Assembly: GCA_013265495.1 (NCBI GenBank)
Contig: MU058418.1
Location: forward strand, 496,001 to 560,000
DNA length: 64,000 bases
From: Vicugna vicugna
Lineage: Eukaryota
Direction of reading: 5' to 3'
Shown: positions 1 to 14,014 of the stretch, piece after piece
How positions within the stretch are numbered: the first letter of the stretch is position 1
Layout: every line of letters starts with the position of its first letter
Position numbers and translations under genes: made by a program
The notes under the pieces: generated by a model
The model's input: the letters and a program-made list of their open reading frames with translations, nothing else
The model's database searches: none
What the model was told of the DNA's origin: nothing

Positions 1-258
1 CCAAGTCTCATTGTTATAAAGAAGTAAAGGCTTGCACTGTGAGCCTTTAACTTGTTTTCTTAACAAAATCAATCAAAATATATTGATTAACACTTCAGCT
101 GTCTCCTTGAAGACATTTTGACCTTTTTGATTCCATTTTCTTTGTCTATTAGCATGTCGTGGAGCAGTAATCTGTGACAGCTTTTAGTCCTTCGTGTGGA
201 GGGAAGTCTGTGTGGATGGTGTGTAATCTCACACATTTAGAAAGGCTGTGGTCTTTAA

Positions 259-505
259 GGTGTAGTGGTCAAGAGCTTGGGCTCTGGAGTCAGATGCTTT
301 CGTCTTCCTCTTGGCTTTGGTATGTACTGCCTGTGTGATTTGGAGTAAATTAACCTCTAAACCTCACTTTCCCCATCTGCACAATGGGGATAATGTTAGT
401 ACCTGCCTAGGGGAGGGTGGTTGTGATAAGATTAAATGATGGATTTAAAGAACTTTGTGCTGTGCCTGGCACCTACTAAATACTAAATAATGGCTAACAA
501 TAATT
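259..505 (+). mobile_element. MIR SINE, near full length
   Basis: gtgtagtggtcaagagcttgggctctggagtcaga head, core cctcactttccccatctgcacaatggggataat, tail gtgcctggcac...taaata. Confidence 0.85.
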
Positions 506-3500
506 ATTTTCCTTTTGGTTCAGTGGTCCAAATTTTCTCTGGGTCTCCCTTATGTTTACTTCTGGAACATAGGGAATTGTACAGAAGCTTCTATAGGACT
601 CTGTAGAGACTTTTAACTTAGACTGCCTTAAAGTTTTTGAAGTTCGGTTATTCCAAGAAGGGCTGCAAAGAAAGCAAACTTTAATCCTAGTTTCTTGCCT
701 GCCTTCCAGGCCATATCTTTATTCTGCTCTTAAATATAGCTGCTGCAACGAATAGACTGATGGAGTATTACCTGTGGTTTCATTTCATGATGTGTAGAAC
801 ACACAGGAATCACTTTTGACTGCTTACGACTTGTCTCAAATATAATTCAAGTCTTGAAATGATTATCTGGACATGCATATTCTAGGAACTGTGGGAGGTG
901 CGAAACATCACCAGCAGATACTTTCACACTTTTTTCCTCAGTCTTGGGTTCTTATGAAAGTTAGGAACAGGTGGTAAATCTACAGTTTAATCACTTGGTC
1001 CATTAAGGCCCTCCTGATTTTCTTTGGGCTCTAGTCAGGTAAGCTAATACACATGTTCATAGCCAATTAAAATGCCCCTAAATGGCATTGACCAGTGGCC
1101 ATCCTTATTGTTAAGTCACCAGATAAGGCAATTTCTCAAAAAGCTCAGCAAGGCATTCCAGAAATACTTGACTTCATACTTCTTTGCACTATGATAAATA
1201 ACAATTTTGATTTTATCTCAAAGTAGTTAATCTAAATCTCTCCTTCTGGGATGTAAAGTAGAATAATGTTCTATAGCTCTTTGAACATTAGATTGGAAAG
1301 AAACCCTAAATGTTTTGTTAATTAAATCCTAAAGAGGTAGTACAATCTTTTCATGATTAATTGAAGCATGCATATTTTGACTGATGCATATTTATATGAT
1401 ATAACCATATGAAAAAGTTATCATGGTATACAGACTATACACTTTGGGAATGTGATTTAATGCTGTAAATATTTTGCATTTGTTTTTGCATTGTTTATTA
1501 TGAAAAATACACAGGCTAATAATGGCTGTAAGGAAAAATCTGTGATGTGAATTTCCTTTGAGGTAATCTCAAGCCTCTAATGGCTCAAACCTTTAGCCTA
1601 AACATAAGAAATCAGGTTTTCCCTAGTTTGATTTAGAAATTTTTTTTTAAATAGATGACGTTTGGAAAGCTAAAGGGTGGAGGTCTTCTATTTTGCTAAT
1701 GTGAAGCATGCACACAATTCCTGGGTTTCAGATAAAAGCAAAAGATGTGGTTGTTGAAATGAACCAATCCCTTTGGCTTTAAGCAAGTCAGAAAAGCTCA
1801 CTTTTCTAGGGGTGCGGTCACACTGTTCAAATTGGGACACCGTGTCATGTCTGGTGGCAGAATTTTGAGCTAGGTCTTTTCTTACAAAATTATTTTTAGT
1901 AATCACAGTTCTTTGTTTCTTAAATATAGTATTAATAAAAATGACTTTTCTGAGACTAGAATACCTGAGATATCTAAAACTCTTTTCTTGAACTTTTGGA
2001 GCAATCCCTTTTTCAGACTCTTCTATGGAGCATTACCTATTGATAACAGTTTGGTGACAGGAGAGGAGAGATCTAATGGCAGTTTTCCAAAGGGTTTGCC
2101 TTTATGAAACAGAATTTTATGAAAAACGGATGAGAATAGTGAATTATTTAACAAGACAGATGCTAACCACCATTCTAACAGTTTTACAACTGCCAGATGC
2201 AAAACAACAGTGCGCAATTTCTTTTGTCTCATCTTCCCATATTGTTACTTTGTAGTACGACTGACTTATAAAAATAATCTGCTTTAAAATTCTACTTTTT
2301 GTTTACTAGTTAGCTCTATTGTAAGAAAATATCCTTGCCTCCCCTTAAAAAAAGACAAGTCGTCTGATGATGGAGTAAAGCAGGAAAAAGACCCGTGAGT
2401 GGCCTTTTTGCCCCAAGCACCCTTCCCCCAGGCCAGGCCAGGCCAGTGCTCAGGCCAACTGCCCGGCCTTCTTACAGCTTTGCTCTCTACCCTCTGGCAC
2501 CCCAGTTTCAGCCCATGACAGTTAAAGATCTAGAGCTAAAACACTTACTTTTTTTCTCCCCCAGAGTAGACTACTTAAAGGAAGGAATCGAAAGGGGAAG
2601 CCTAATACATGTTCTAAAGTGGATCCTTGGGAAATGGAATCTCCTTGTTGAACTCTGGGGCCAAATAATTTCCCCCATAAAAATGTTTTTTTCCTTTCAG
2701 ATTTCACCAGAATCAAGCTTATTGTCCACGGATCATTTGTGAGAGTTCTGCTGTATCATCTTCTTTTTCAGGAATTTAAGATTTTAAAGGAGCTAATCAA
2801 TTGGGAAAATAGAAACTATTAGTGCTAGTTAGTTTAATAATAATGAATGATTATTTTAAAAATATACTATTTCTAATCTAATTTAAAAATTTTGGAAAAA
2901 CTCTGAGTCTTGTTAATTTTTCATGCCATGTTAAATATCTGTATGTAGACAGATGCCATATTAGAAGTCAGACAAGATATAAATAAATCTTTCTTTGAAC
3001 AGAACAAATTATTAAATGCAGTCATATGACATTTGAATTCATGTTATGACTCCATTTAAAGAAAGATGTTATCAAAAATGTTTGATTAACATCAAAGATA
3101 GTTTTTTACGCTGTCTCATTTGATAATTAACAATAAATCACAACATGTAATTTGTGAAATAAAAATGGTCATTAAAATGACAATACTTATTCCATTAAGG
3201 TAAATCAAATGCTACACATAGTTCTGAGCGATGACACTCAGGGGGGAAAAAGCCATATCACTGCACTGCAAATTAGTTTGCTTCTAATTTTGCAGGCTGA
3301 TGACCGCACTGCCTCAAACCAAATCTTTTCTCTGGAAATGGAATGATTACATGACAGACTCTATGAACCATGAATATGTCAACAACTCATGGACCAGGCC
3401 TTGCTTAGCAATTAGTCTTTGGGGGATTTTATTCAGAAATCAGACAACACTATACCAGAGCTTGTTGGGGATTTTATGATTACCATTCATGTCCAGAGTA

Positions 3501-4749
3501 TGCGTCTGGGTTAGTACCGAAAAAATCCATAAAGGAGGAAGAGATGTGGCTTACAGTGGCAATCAATCATGCACATACACATAGTCAATTGGGAGGATCA
3601 AGAAAACTTAAGATAAAGCCAAAGCCCCTAGAAGGCAGCAAGGAAGTATTTCTTAGACTTTTACTTATAGTCTCCTATTGTTCCCCATAAAGAGGCCAAT
3701 ATTTCCTAGACTTCAGTCATTTGAGTATCACCATCATTTTTTTGTTACAGCATCCTGCCACCTATACTATAATTTACTCAATATGTTTTATTAACTGACT
3801 CCCTTTAAAAGCCTTTCTTTGTTTTAAGCGGTACTATTTGTGATATCATGGGCTTGTGCTGGTCTAATTTTTCTTCTCTTACAAAGCAAAAGAAATATAG
3901 TCATTTAAATAATGAAAATATTTGCATACCACCTAACATTTTTCTGAGCTCTCCCATGACATGGGTGGCAGGTGCTGCAGGAGCTTCAAGGACTACCAGT
4001 CTGACTGAGAGTGATCAGGGCAGCTGTGTGACCTCAGGTCCCATTACCATTCCTGCATCCAGGGTCCACGAACCGTATCCTGTGGAGGAGAATTTAAATG
4101 AGGCCTGCACCTCCCTAAGGATACCCAGCATCCTTACCCAGGAAGGCTGCATCATAGGAGACTGCTGAGTGAGCCAGCCTAGTGCCTTTCCGTCGGTAGA
4201 ACACGGCCACTCACATCTTTCCTTTTTTTGACTAACCGTATCATTCGGGAATCATGATACTGCAAGAGTAAACAACACCCCGTATCCGGTAACAATACCG
4301 GAACACGTCCAGATTGGGCCTGGCTCCTGACTGTCCAGGTTCATGTTAGGGCATCGCATTTGTAGATTAGCACTGGGTGGCCCAACCAATGTGGATCTTG
4401 TAGGCTGTCAGCATCCTTTGAAGAAATGGGTCACTTTGCAAGCTTCATTAATACTGAACCTGGTTTAACCAGGCAGAATAAACATTTGTACCAGGCTAAG
4501 AAGCCCTAGGAACCCTTATGGCTCTGCAGTCATGCTCTGGTTTTCAAGTATCTGATGTCTTTTGGAAACTTAGGAGCCAACCAAAAAAAAAAAAAAGCCC
4601 TGAGCTTTCCCACCAAGAGCTATTTTACTAGGTCAGAAAGTGGTGAGGTACGGAAATTACGATCAGACCTCAGGTAGGTTCAGGGTGTGTCTAAGTTTGA
4701 AGGGATGTTTGCTTCTGATATGAACATTTTTCTTATACTTTTATTATAG

Positions 4750-4901
4750 AAGATGATGTGTCAAATGTACAAATAATGTGTGCCTGGTGCCAGAAAGTGG
4801 GAATCAAGCGCTATTCCCTGAGTATGGGAAGTGAGGTGAAAAGCTTCTGCAGCGAGAAGTGCTTTGCGGCCTGCCGACGAGCCTACTTCAAGAGAAATAA
4901 G
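4750..4901 (+). CDS. SOBP: SOBP internal coding exon (equivalent to human exon 4) encoding the first FCS-type zinc finger
   Basis: Acceptor ttttattatag ends at 4749; donor AAG|gtaaga starts at 4902; 152 nt, phase 1 to phase 0. Translation (E)[50 protein letters not shown] has CxxC...FCSxxC and matches the SOBP sequence I recall. Exon number is from recall of the human gene. Confidence 0.97.
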
Positions 4902-7900
4902 GTAAGAGCACCGTAGACAGAGGCGGCCCACGCGGGCCTCTCCAGACCCCGGGCGCATGCGCCTCTTAGCTTCTAGCTGAACTCACTGCGCACCCTGCAC
5001 CCGTATTCTTTCTGTTTTGTCTGTTCTCTTTCTCTGTCATTCTTAACCTTCTGGAATGAGGAATCCCCTTCTAATGTGTAACTTGCTCTTCAATTTCTCT
5101 TGTCTTGGTGTCTGAATTCTGAGAGGGTGAATGGATCTGATGAGGACGCGGTGGTCACAGCTGGTCTCCTAAGTGACAGCTTCTCTCCAGCAGTAGAGTA
5201 CCTAGATGAGAGCCCACGAGAGATCAGCGGTAGAGATTTCTTATCCAGGCTGAGGAACTCGCCACAGCAGCATGGCCAGAGGGCTTTAGTTCACTCAGCA
5301 TTATTCTTGTTCCCACTGGGAATATTGCTCTGGCTCTTTCCAAAATCTGATCCACAAATTCTAATTAATCAAGAAAAATGTCAAGTCTTGACACCTTATG
5401 TTAAAGTTGACTGATACTGAGAAAAGGTGAAATAAAGAATACATGAACCAACATTGCTCACACAGCCACGGCGTTGTGAGAAGCATGGTGGGTGAACACA
5501 GGAACAGCCACAGTTAGGGTTTCTTTTTGTTTGTTTGTTTGCTTGCTTTTTTGGTTTTGTTTTGAGACATCTCAGATCTGAAAATGTCCTTTTAGAATAG
5601 CATTAGCCACCATTGATGGGAAATGGAATGCATGGTGTTTTTACAGTCAACACACACATACACACAGAGCTAAATTTTTAATCTTTAAAGAACTGCTATT
5701 GCATTTTGCCACCAGTTATGGAAGTACATTGCTAGTTCTTGATTATTTTCCATTGATCTGTGAATCTGCCTTAGTTCATAAAATCATCCACATTTTGCTA
5801 AGCATTTCCATTTCCATAATACAAAGTCGAGATTTGTCCTTTCTTGAAGCAAACAATTACCAATTTTTTTAAAGTCTGATATTTGCAATCCTGAAATGCT
5901 AATTTTGGGCTTACTGCATTGCAAGAAGCACTGTTGCAGCAAATTGTCTCTTGCAAATTTGGGTCACATCATTCTGCCAAAAAACATAATGCCGAAAGAA
6001 TTAGGCTGCAGAGTTCAGCGGGGTGGAATTTTAGTAGCAGTCTCTAAGAATTAGGCTCATAATCTTCACTGGGGCAGGGAGGCAAGTAAGGAAATTGTTT
6101 GGAATTCTTTTGCGACAGTCAACAGTCAAGTTCACTTTCCCTTGGGAGGGGCCAGTGAGGCTTCAGAGGAGTGTGGTTAGAGCAACGCATGGGAGACACG
6201 TTTTGTTTTAATATAAGAGGATTAAAATGATCTCTGAGACCCTGGGGCTCCCGTTTTGAATGCTGAGCACTGGGGTAACAATCACAAGAGTGGACCCAGT
6301 GCTTTCATCTTCAAAGCCTTACTTACCACAACAAAATACTTTGCATTCCGTCCCAGAAAATGGCTGTAGAAGAGGGGTGGGGGTTGTCTTTCTATGATTC
6401 TGAAGAGTTATGGTTCTGAGTCTTGATGGACTGCCTGTAGTGAATAAAATCCAGCAAGATGAATTTGTCATAATCCCAGGGACACAAATTGATCCTACTT
6501 TAGTAAGCCTCTGAAGAAAAGCACCTGATTCCATTTGGAAAAACAGTCCAGAATAGTATTACATACCATATAAATAATGTACACATATTTATAATGATGA
6601 GGTTTGAGGTCAAACTGAATTTAAACTTCCATAGCATACAGTTTTGAAAAATGAATAACTAGGAGCTAAGATAAGAATTAGCATTTGGGGTACTTATAGT
6701 AGGTAACCTTTCACTTCCTGCAAGGAGTTATTGGGGTAGTTCTTTGAAGATCCTGCAAAACCTAGGAGTCTAGTGGTTTGAAGTTTAGCCAGTGACTTTG
6801 CAAGCTGATCCCAGCAGCCCATTAGTGTACATACAATACCTGTCTTCTCTACAATCTTCATGCTTATTTATGTATTCCAAAGCCCTGCCACACCAGACGT
6901 TCTCGTTTTTCAAATAGAGAAATAAACTAGTCACATCATTTGCTGGATTCTTTTTTTTTTTTTATTTTAAGAGCGTTATCTCTGCAACAATATCCTATTA
7001 TATTACCATAAACACGTACAGCTGCTGCATTTCTGTTAACTGATAGGATTTTGTGGTCATTTCATTTAGAGCTTGGGTTTCCTAATGGATTGTATTAGAT
7101 ACCAGTCTCCATCCTGCCATTTCTAAGAACTGCTGTAATAAGCCCCAGGGTGTTCCCCACTGAAGACAATAGCAAATAGCTACTTCTCTTCTTGTATCAC
7201 TTAACAAAAAGTCTTTAGTCCTCATTATTAAAATTGTAGAGGTTCTTAATCTTAGAAAAAAGGCAGAATTCTTCCCATTCCTACCAAAACATTTCCTGGT
7301 TAAATTCTTCACTTAAAAATACTGAGGAGTGGATGGAAAACAGAGTGAATACTGTGTGCAGAACAGAATTTTGCCCTAGGTATAATGTAGACTTAAAAAA
7401 ATGTAAAATTAACTATGCTGTAAATTATGCTTTATAATGACAGCCCGCTTCTTGGTGGATAGCATGCTGGGATCTAAAAATGGTCTCTTAAGTTGAACCC
7501 AAATTGCAGGCATAACTTTGGAAAGAAAAATCCTAGTAGAAAAGGTAGCTAATTAGGAGCAGTATTCAGCTGACCTCTGTTTTGTGTCTGAGCAACACCT
7601 GCATTTGTGAATGTAAATTGGACAGCTGTGCCTGTGGTTCCCATGCTAAACTCTTCACAAATGCTTGGGTATAGAGGCAAGAACTGATTTTCTGCTACAA
7701 ACAAGGACAAAAATAGCCCAACTCTCAAAATGCAGGCCCACTGAAAACTGGCTCTTTAAATTTCACTTGCTTCTGAAACCTGCTTTCTCTCTGGGTCTCT
7801 GTGTTTGTTTGATGGAGTAGGTTAAGAATGTCACATCTTTCTCTCCCAAATCCTGGTGTTATGAAGTAAGGTGGGATGGACTGAAGCCAAGGGAACCCTT

Positions 7901-10900
7901 TATGGCCTGTAGGTTATATTTTTAAACCAATTTAAAATTTAATTTGAAGAGCAGTTTGGATTGCAAAAATACGTAGGCTTTCTTCAAAATGCTTCTGCTA
8001 GGACTGGGAGTCACAGCTGTATTCATTTAAGGAACCTAACTACTAGCTTACACGTTTCAGGATGTTGGCTCTAAGAAGTGTAGAGTGTCAATTCATAACC
8101 ATATTTCGCAGAATCCTTATCCCCAGCAGGCTCGATTGCTGACACAAAAGTGTTTGAAACAATGGGTAAGAAAAATACTTTTGTAGTCTGTGGGCATCGG
8201 CTGAACAATGGGATGTCAATCTCATTATTTGATGCACTGGAGGCTTTTCAGAGAACTAAAGCACATTCTTTTCCCAGCCCCTTTTTGAGGCCACAAGTAG
8301 AGAAGAACTTAAGAACATTTCTAGCCTAGCGATGTGCCTAGGAGTCGGAAGGTTGCAGAGACTCCTTCGCAGTTTCTCAAGAGATGCTGAAGTGTTCAGT
8401 CCAAGTAATACCTGTTTTACTCTGCACAATAACAGACACTTTTTAAAAAATATTCTTTCCTAAGGGAGTGATGCTTTATAACTGTTATCCCTCCTAAAAC
8501 AAGAGTAACGACAAGACCGCAAATAGTAGTCATTTCTAAATATCCTGTGTTTGATCTTTTTCCTTCTGCAAGGGAAATATCCTATTGTCTAAACTGATGG
8601 CCACAAATCAAGAAAGAAATAAAAATTTATGACAAATGGCCAAAACAGACAATGTAAAGGATGATTGTTTTCTTTCCTTGCTTAGATCCCAAATTTATAG
8701 CGTTCTTTGTGGATTAGTGGCATTGATACTTTAGTAACAGACACACATTCCTAAGAGCACCAAAGTTTTGCTTCCTTGTTCTTGTTTTTCCATATCTTGA
8801 GACAAGAATAGATTGAAATACTTCTTCAATATCACAGTGTTGCTGTTCCTCCACAGACCATAGTGGGAAGAAACCTGTGTGGATGACAGATAAGGATGAA
8901 TTAAACATAAAAATGTTATATAGACAGAAACAACATTTGCAGGTGGTATCATTAAGAAATCCTAACAATCATGATAATAATAACAAATATTCAATGAGGG
9001 GAATGTTGCATAATAAGCATTTCCTTTACTTTCAAACTATATCCCTGGATACATAGCATGTATCATCGTGTTATTTGGAGTTACGTTTTATTTAGACTAT
9101 TCGTCTTTTTATTAAACTTGAATATATACTGGGAAAGATTCTCAGTTTCAGACTTCGCTATAGAACCTAGTAGTGCAGCAGAAATGTGTTACAGTGGCCT
9201 TGATAACCTGTCTACTTTGTTCCTTTAAACACCTGCAAGATTTAATTTGTGAAATGGCTATCATTCATGAAGGTCTGGGGAAGGACATTAAGAAATTGCT
9301 TATAGTTAATGTCCGCCGATTGCCTGAAGCTCAGGCCACAGACTTCATTTTGCCAGCTGTTTGCAAATATTCCTGACTGACAAGAACACTTAGGGAACAC
9401 CGGAGTTCTTCCTGTGGATTCACTGTGTTTTTATGGGGAGCCAATGGACCTTTTGGGTCTGTCTCCCTGCACCCTGGCCTGCAGGATTGCTTTGGTTCTG
9501 CAGCAGCTTGGAACTGCGCTGCCAGCCTGCCCACTGCCCACCCATAGAGTGGCCTCCACCTCCCAGGGCTTTGATCTGCAGGCCAGTGGCTGAATTAGTT
9601 CCCTTTCGGTCACCACAAACAGGGGTGTCCTCAGGAAGCTCTGGGGAAAGGACAACAAAACCACCTGTTTTCTTGCTCTCTGGTATTTTGAAATATGGGA
9701 TGGAATATTGATGAGCTGCTGCAGCGGAGAACCTATGAAAAAAGCACTAGCAGAGGGGAGGGAATGTGTTCGTCCTTTGAAACACATTCAGCGTGAGGGG
9801 AGAGCAGGAGAAGTCCGGCCAGTGAAGTATCATGTAGGTCAGGCTGAAGTGATGCCGAGGCTCTTGAAGAAAGGCAGAAGGAGTTTTGGGGCGGCGCTTC
9901 TGTAGGCCAGGTGGGACCCAATGCCCTAGGAAGCCATCCATCAGAAGCCTGGGGAGAAGCATGTGATCTTGGGTTTACCAGAACAGTTGAACACCACTTG
10001 AGAAACACTGGTCTAAGGGAGACCCAGAACACAGACAGAATGGGGCCAGCAACATTGTACTGAAAGAAAGAACTAGCAACCATGTCTAGTTTTGAATGGG
10101 CTCCATTTGGGGAGATTGTGGGGGAAACAAATAATTTTAATCTATTACCCAGAATGGATGTCAACTTCTGAATAATATTAGATATTTTAGATTAACTATA
10201 AAGAAATGATTAAAACTCCAAATAGCTTCAAGCCTCGATACTTTATTCAACATTTCTTTTCAATGAGCTGAAGGAAGAGGGGGTACTTTTCATAGATCTG
10301 AATTTGGTCACCCAGAGTTCAATACACAGGGTTATTGACAAAGATGCTTGAATGTTAATTTTCAGACAGTCTCTGGCCATCCTTCTGGTGATAGCTAATG
10401 CTATACTACACACTTAAATCAAGTTTTTCTCATCTGAGCTGCCGGTAATTATCCAATCCATCTCAAAGGCACGCTCCCTTTTAGCATTAACCACCGTGTC
10501 AGATTGCATCAGCTACATTGTGTTCTGGCGACCGCGGCGGCAGAGTGATGAATGCGCGTGCTTTGAGTTCACAGTCCGGGTGTCTGTTTGGGCAGCGGGC
10601 AGTTCGGTGAAATGAATGATCAGGAAGGGATCTAGTTATTTGGGACCTGCGTTCTCCTTATTGATCCAGTCCCTCGTATTGCCAACTCTCTCACCTCGCT
10701 GCTAACAGTGTTTCGGTTTATCTGAAGAATGAGCTTTTAAAGAATTAGGTAACGGGTTGTTTTCACGGGCTTCTTCAATCATAAGCTACATCCAGCAGAG
10801 TTAGTCTTTGTGCCTGACCTTAAAAGGAAGGTGTCATGAGACCTTACTAGTAAGGACTAAATTGAGGGGAGAAGTTTCTACGAGGGCTTAGCTCACTGTC

Positions 10901-12900
10901 TAGAGAAACCAAGAGAGAATGATTGTGCATTTTCCTAGGATTGTAGTTATGTTCTGTCAATTCAAATGCTTTGTTAAAAATGTTAACTGTCTAAATAAGT
11001 GCATGCATAAGACAGGCCAGGTGGCTTGCTTTGAGATATTTTAAGGTAGTAGTTTGAGTCCAGAATTTCTCTCCTACACTTTTGCAATGTCTGATCATAA
11101 AGCCTAGCACACCCAAGAGGGCCATATGCAGGAGATGCAAACTGTTGGCACACTCATGGTTATTTTTGTTTCTCCCCCATCTCAGTACCTCTGGATAGCT
11201 TTTGTACACATAAGCAGAAGTGTGAATTGGGCAGGCCATGTGTAATTCTTTGTTCCTTGGGCACTTTGCTCTTTGTTCACATTATCAGAGATTAGGAGGG
11301 AATAAAGGAAATCTTGCCGCAGAAGGCCACTTAATTTCTGCCCCAGCAGCTCAGCCTAAGACTGGGAAATTCCCTGTGTAACAATCCATTCTGAGGGTGG
11401 TCATGCACACGGCGGAATCTAATGCCTCCTGACAGACTGCCTTTGGAGGTTACAAACATCAGTCTGTTGCCTTATCTGTAAACACAGGCCGTGGGCCAGA
11501 GCTGGGCACTACTACAAGCACTAGAAGGCAGATCAATGGTTTAATGAATCCATAAAGGATGCTTGAACTCTGCTGCAATTTACTGAGCACTCTAGTTAAA
11601 TGAAACTCCTGTAGTCTTTAACAAAGCTAGAGATAATCAATGGCTGGAGATGGCAGGCAGTGTCCAGTAATCCCAACCTCCCAGAATTTGTGTTGTTGTC
11701 TCATTGCTAACAGAGGTTTGGTCAGGTCCAGGCTCCAGGGCTCACTACTGCTATATTGATATTTTCTAAATGTTTGAGCTGAATTTGGCCTGAAGATAAC
11801 CTAAGTGTAGTAGTGTTACTTCTGTGAGAACTATTTTTAAAAGCTTTGGAATATTATTGAAAACAACATTTCTTTAAGGCAGTGATATTAAACTCAAGAG
11901 TTATATTTAATTTAACATGTGGTGTCTTTGTAAGGCATCCCCATGATGAAAAGTAAGTAAGTAAATACAATTTATTCTTAATTCCCAAAATGTCAAGTTG
12001 CATTGTGTTGGAGAGCCCAGTTAATCCTTCCATGGTAAAATATTCCTCATTAGTTTGCTATGGTTAAGGGTTAACCTCTCCTATAATAAATTCAGATATT
12101 AATGTATTTTCTGCTTAATTCAACTTCTAATAGAGGAAAATACAGTTCGTAGATACACATTGTTTTACTTCCAAATGTGCTTTGGAAATATACTGATTTA
12201 TGAGAGAGCTTTGGAGGCATATAGAAAAATTCCTTAATAAATATGTTGAAGTGTGTTTTTTCCCCACTTTTGATTGTGGAAGAGTGACTGCCTTGACTTT
12301 GAAAGGATTATTTTTTCCCACAGAGATAGTAGAATTTATGACATAAATGAAAGATTTTGCATCCAATTTTTGTCACACTAACTTAAATGGAATGTTTCAC
12401 TTTCTTAACTAGCTAATTAGCAGAGAGCTGGCTCCTACCCTAGTGAGTGTATTTGGGGGGTTCAGCGGGGAACAGGAATTTTGAGGTATCATGACTGCTT
12501 GTCTACTTCACAGGCCTTTGCCAAACATTCCATGATAAAGTGGTGATTTCTGTATGGAGCTAATAAATGATGTGTTGTCTTGTATTCTGTTTTGATAGAA
12601 TGATTTCATATTATTTAAAGTATGACAAGCTGGTCTGTGACTGTACATCCAACTCTTCGTTATGAGAAGAATCTCTGAAGGCCCTGACACTTTTTGTGCT
12701 CATTGGTAGGATTGTATGTTTCGTAAGTGGAGGCAGTTAAGTTGTTGGTGTCCAAGAGTTTAGAGATACAGAGACCCAGGTGTAGGTGAGATAAAGTTAA
12801 GCAAATAGTCAAAGACAAGGGGAATTTGCCCAACAGGAGACAAGTGCCTCTGGGCTGCTCTTTTGCTTGTTTTTAGCCAAGCTTAAGGAAAAAACCCTTG

Positions 12901-13480
12901 TTATTTATTCATCCATTCATTCTTAGAAAAGAAAATAAAAAATTATATTGAGCTCCTATAATGTGCTAGGTACTGTTTAAGGTTTGGTGGCTACATCATT
13001 GAATAAGATGAAACTCCCTGCCTTAAAGGGACTTACAATCTATTCTCTAAGGGAGATAGATAACATGCAAGTCAAAATATGTATATATCTAACACAATTT
13101 TAGGCAGTGAAAAATGCTATAAAAAAAAAGCAGGGTGAGTGGGTGGACAGTGATAGAATTCTGTTTTATATCTGATGGTCACAGATGTTATCTTTGTGGA
13201 GGTGATATGTGGGGAGGGAAAAAATGAAGTGATGGAGCTAGATATGTGAAGAACTGGTAGCAGAGGGCTCTAGAGAGGAGGGGGAACAACTGAAAGGCAG
13301 AGGTCCTAAGACAGGAACATGTTTGAGCAACAGCAAGAAGGTCAGAGTGTCTGAATGATCAAGGTGGTTGGGACCAGATCATGTAGGCTGGAGAGGTAAT
13401 AGTTTGGATTTTATTCTGAGTGTGATGGCAGCTACTGGAAGGTGTTGAGCAGGGTGCATGACATGATCTGATTTTTCTTG
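12901..13480 (-). mobile_element. L2 LINE 3' fragment
   Basis: Begins with attcatccattcattc (reverse of the L2 tail), then attgagctcctataatgtgctaggtactgt...ccctgccttaaagggacttacaatcta and ggattttattctgagtgtgatgg...gagcagggtgcatgacatgatctgattt. Confidence 0.85.
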
Positions 13481-14014
13481 TTGATTGGATCTCTGTCAAG
13501 GAAGTAATACATTTAAGATCCTGGATGCAAAGGGGATTTGGAGAGTAAGAAAGGCAACAGCATTCCCATCAAAGTTGGGTGTGTCTGGCAATAGAAAACT
13601 AAAAATATCATTTTCACTGAATTATTCATTCATAGTTATGAAACATTTCCCAGTAGCAAAACTGTGTTGAACAAATTTAGTTTTCTTTTTCTTTTCTTTT
13701 TTTTCTTTCTTTCTTTTGGCTGTGGGAAGAAATGAACCAAGGATGGACGTTGTTGGTTAAACGTTCTGACACAGCAATTTTCTTTCTATAGGGTAGACAG
13801 GGTATGCTTCAGAACATGAGCTCAAACTCTGTAGAACCCAACTCTTGTCCTGGGAGACCTGTACAATCCACAGGCTTCTCAGGCTCGACCTCTAGAAGCA
13901 GCATGATGAAAAGGAGATGGTTACATTGAAGGGACCATCTTTGGGATCAGATTATTCTAAAGTCTGTTTTATTCCAAGAGTAGACCCAATTTGGTGATTG
14001 CATACTCTCAGGGT

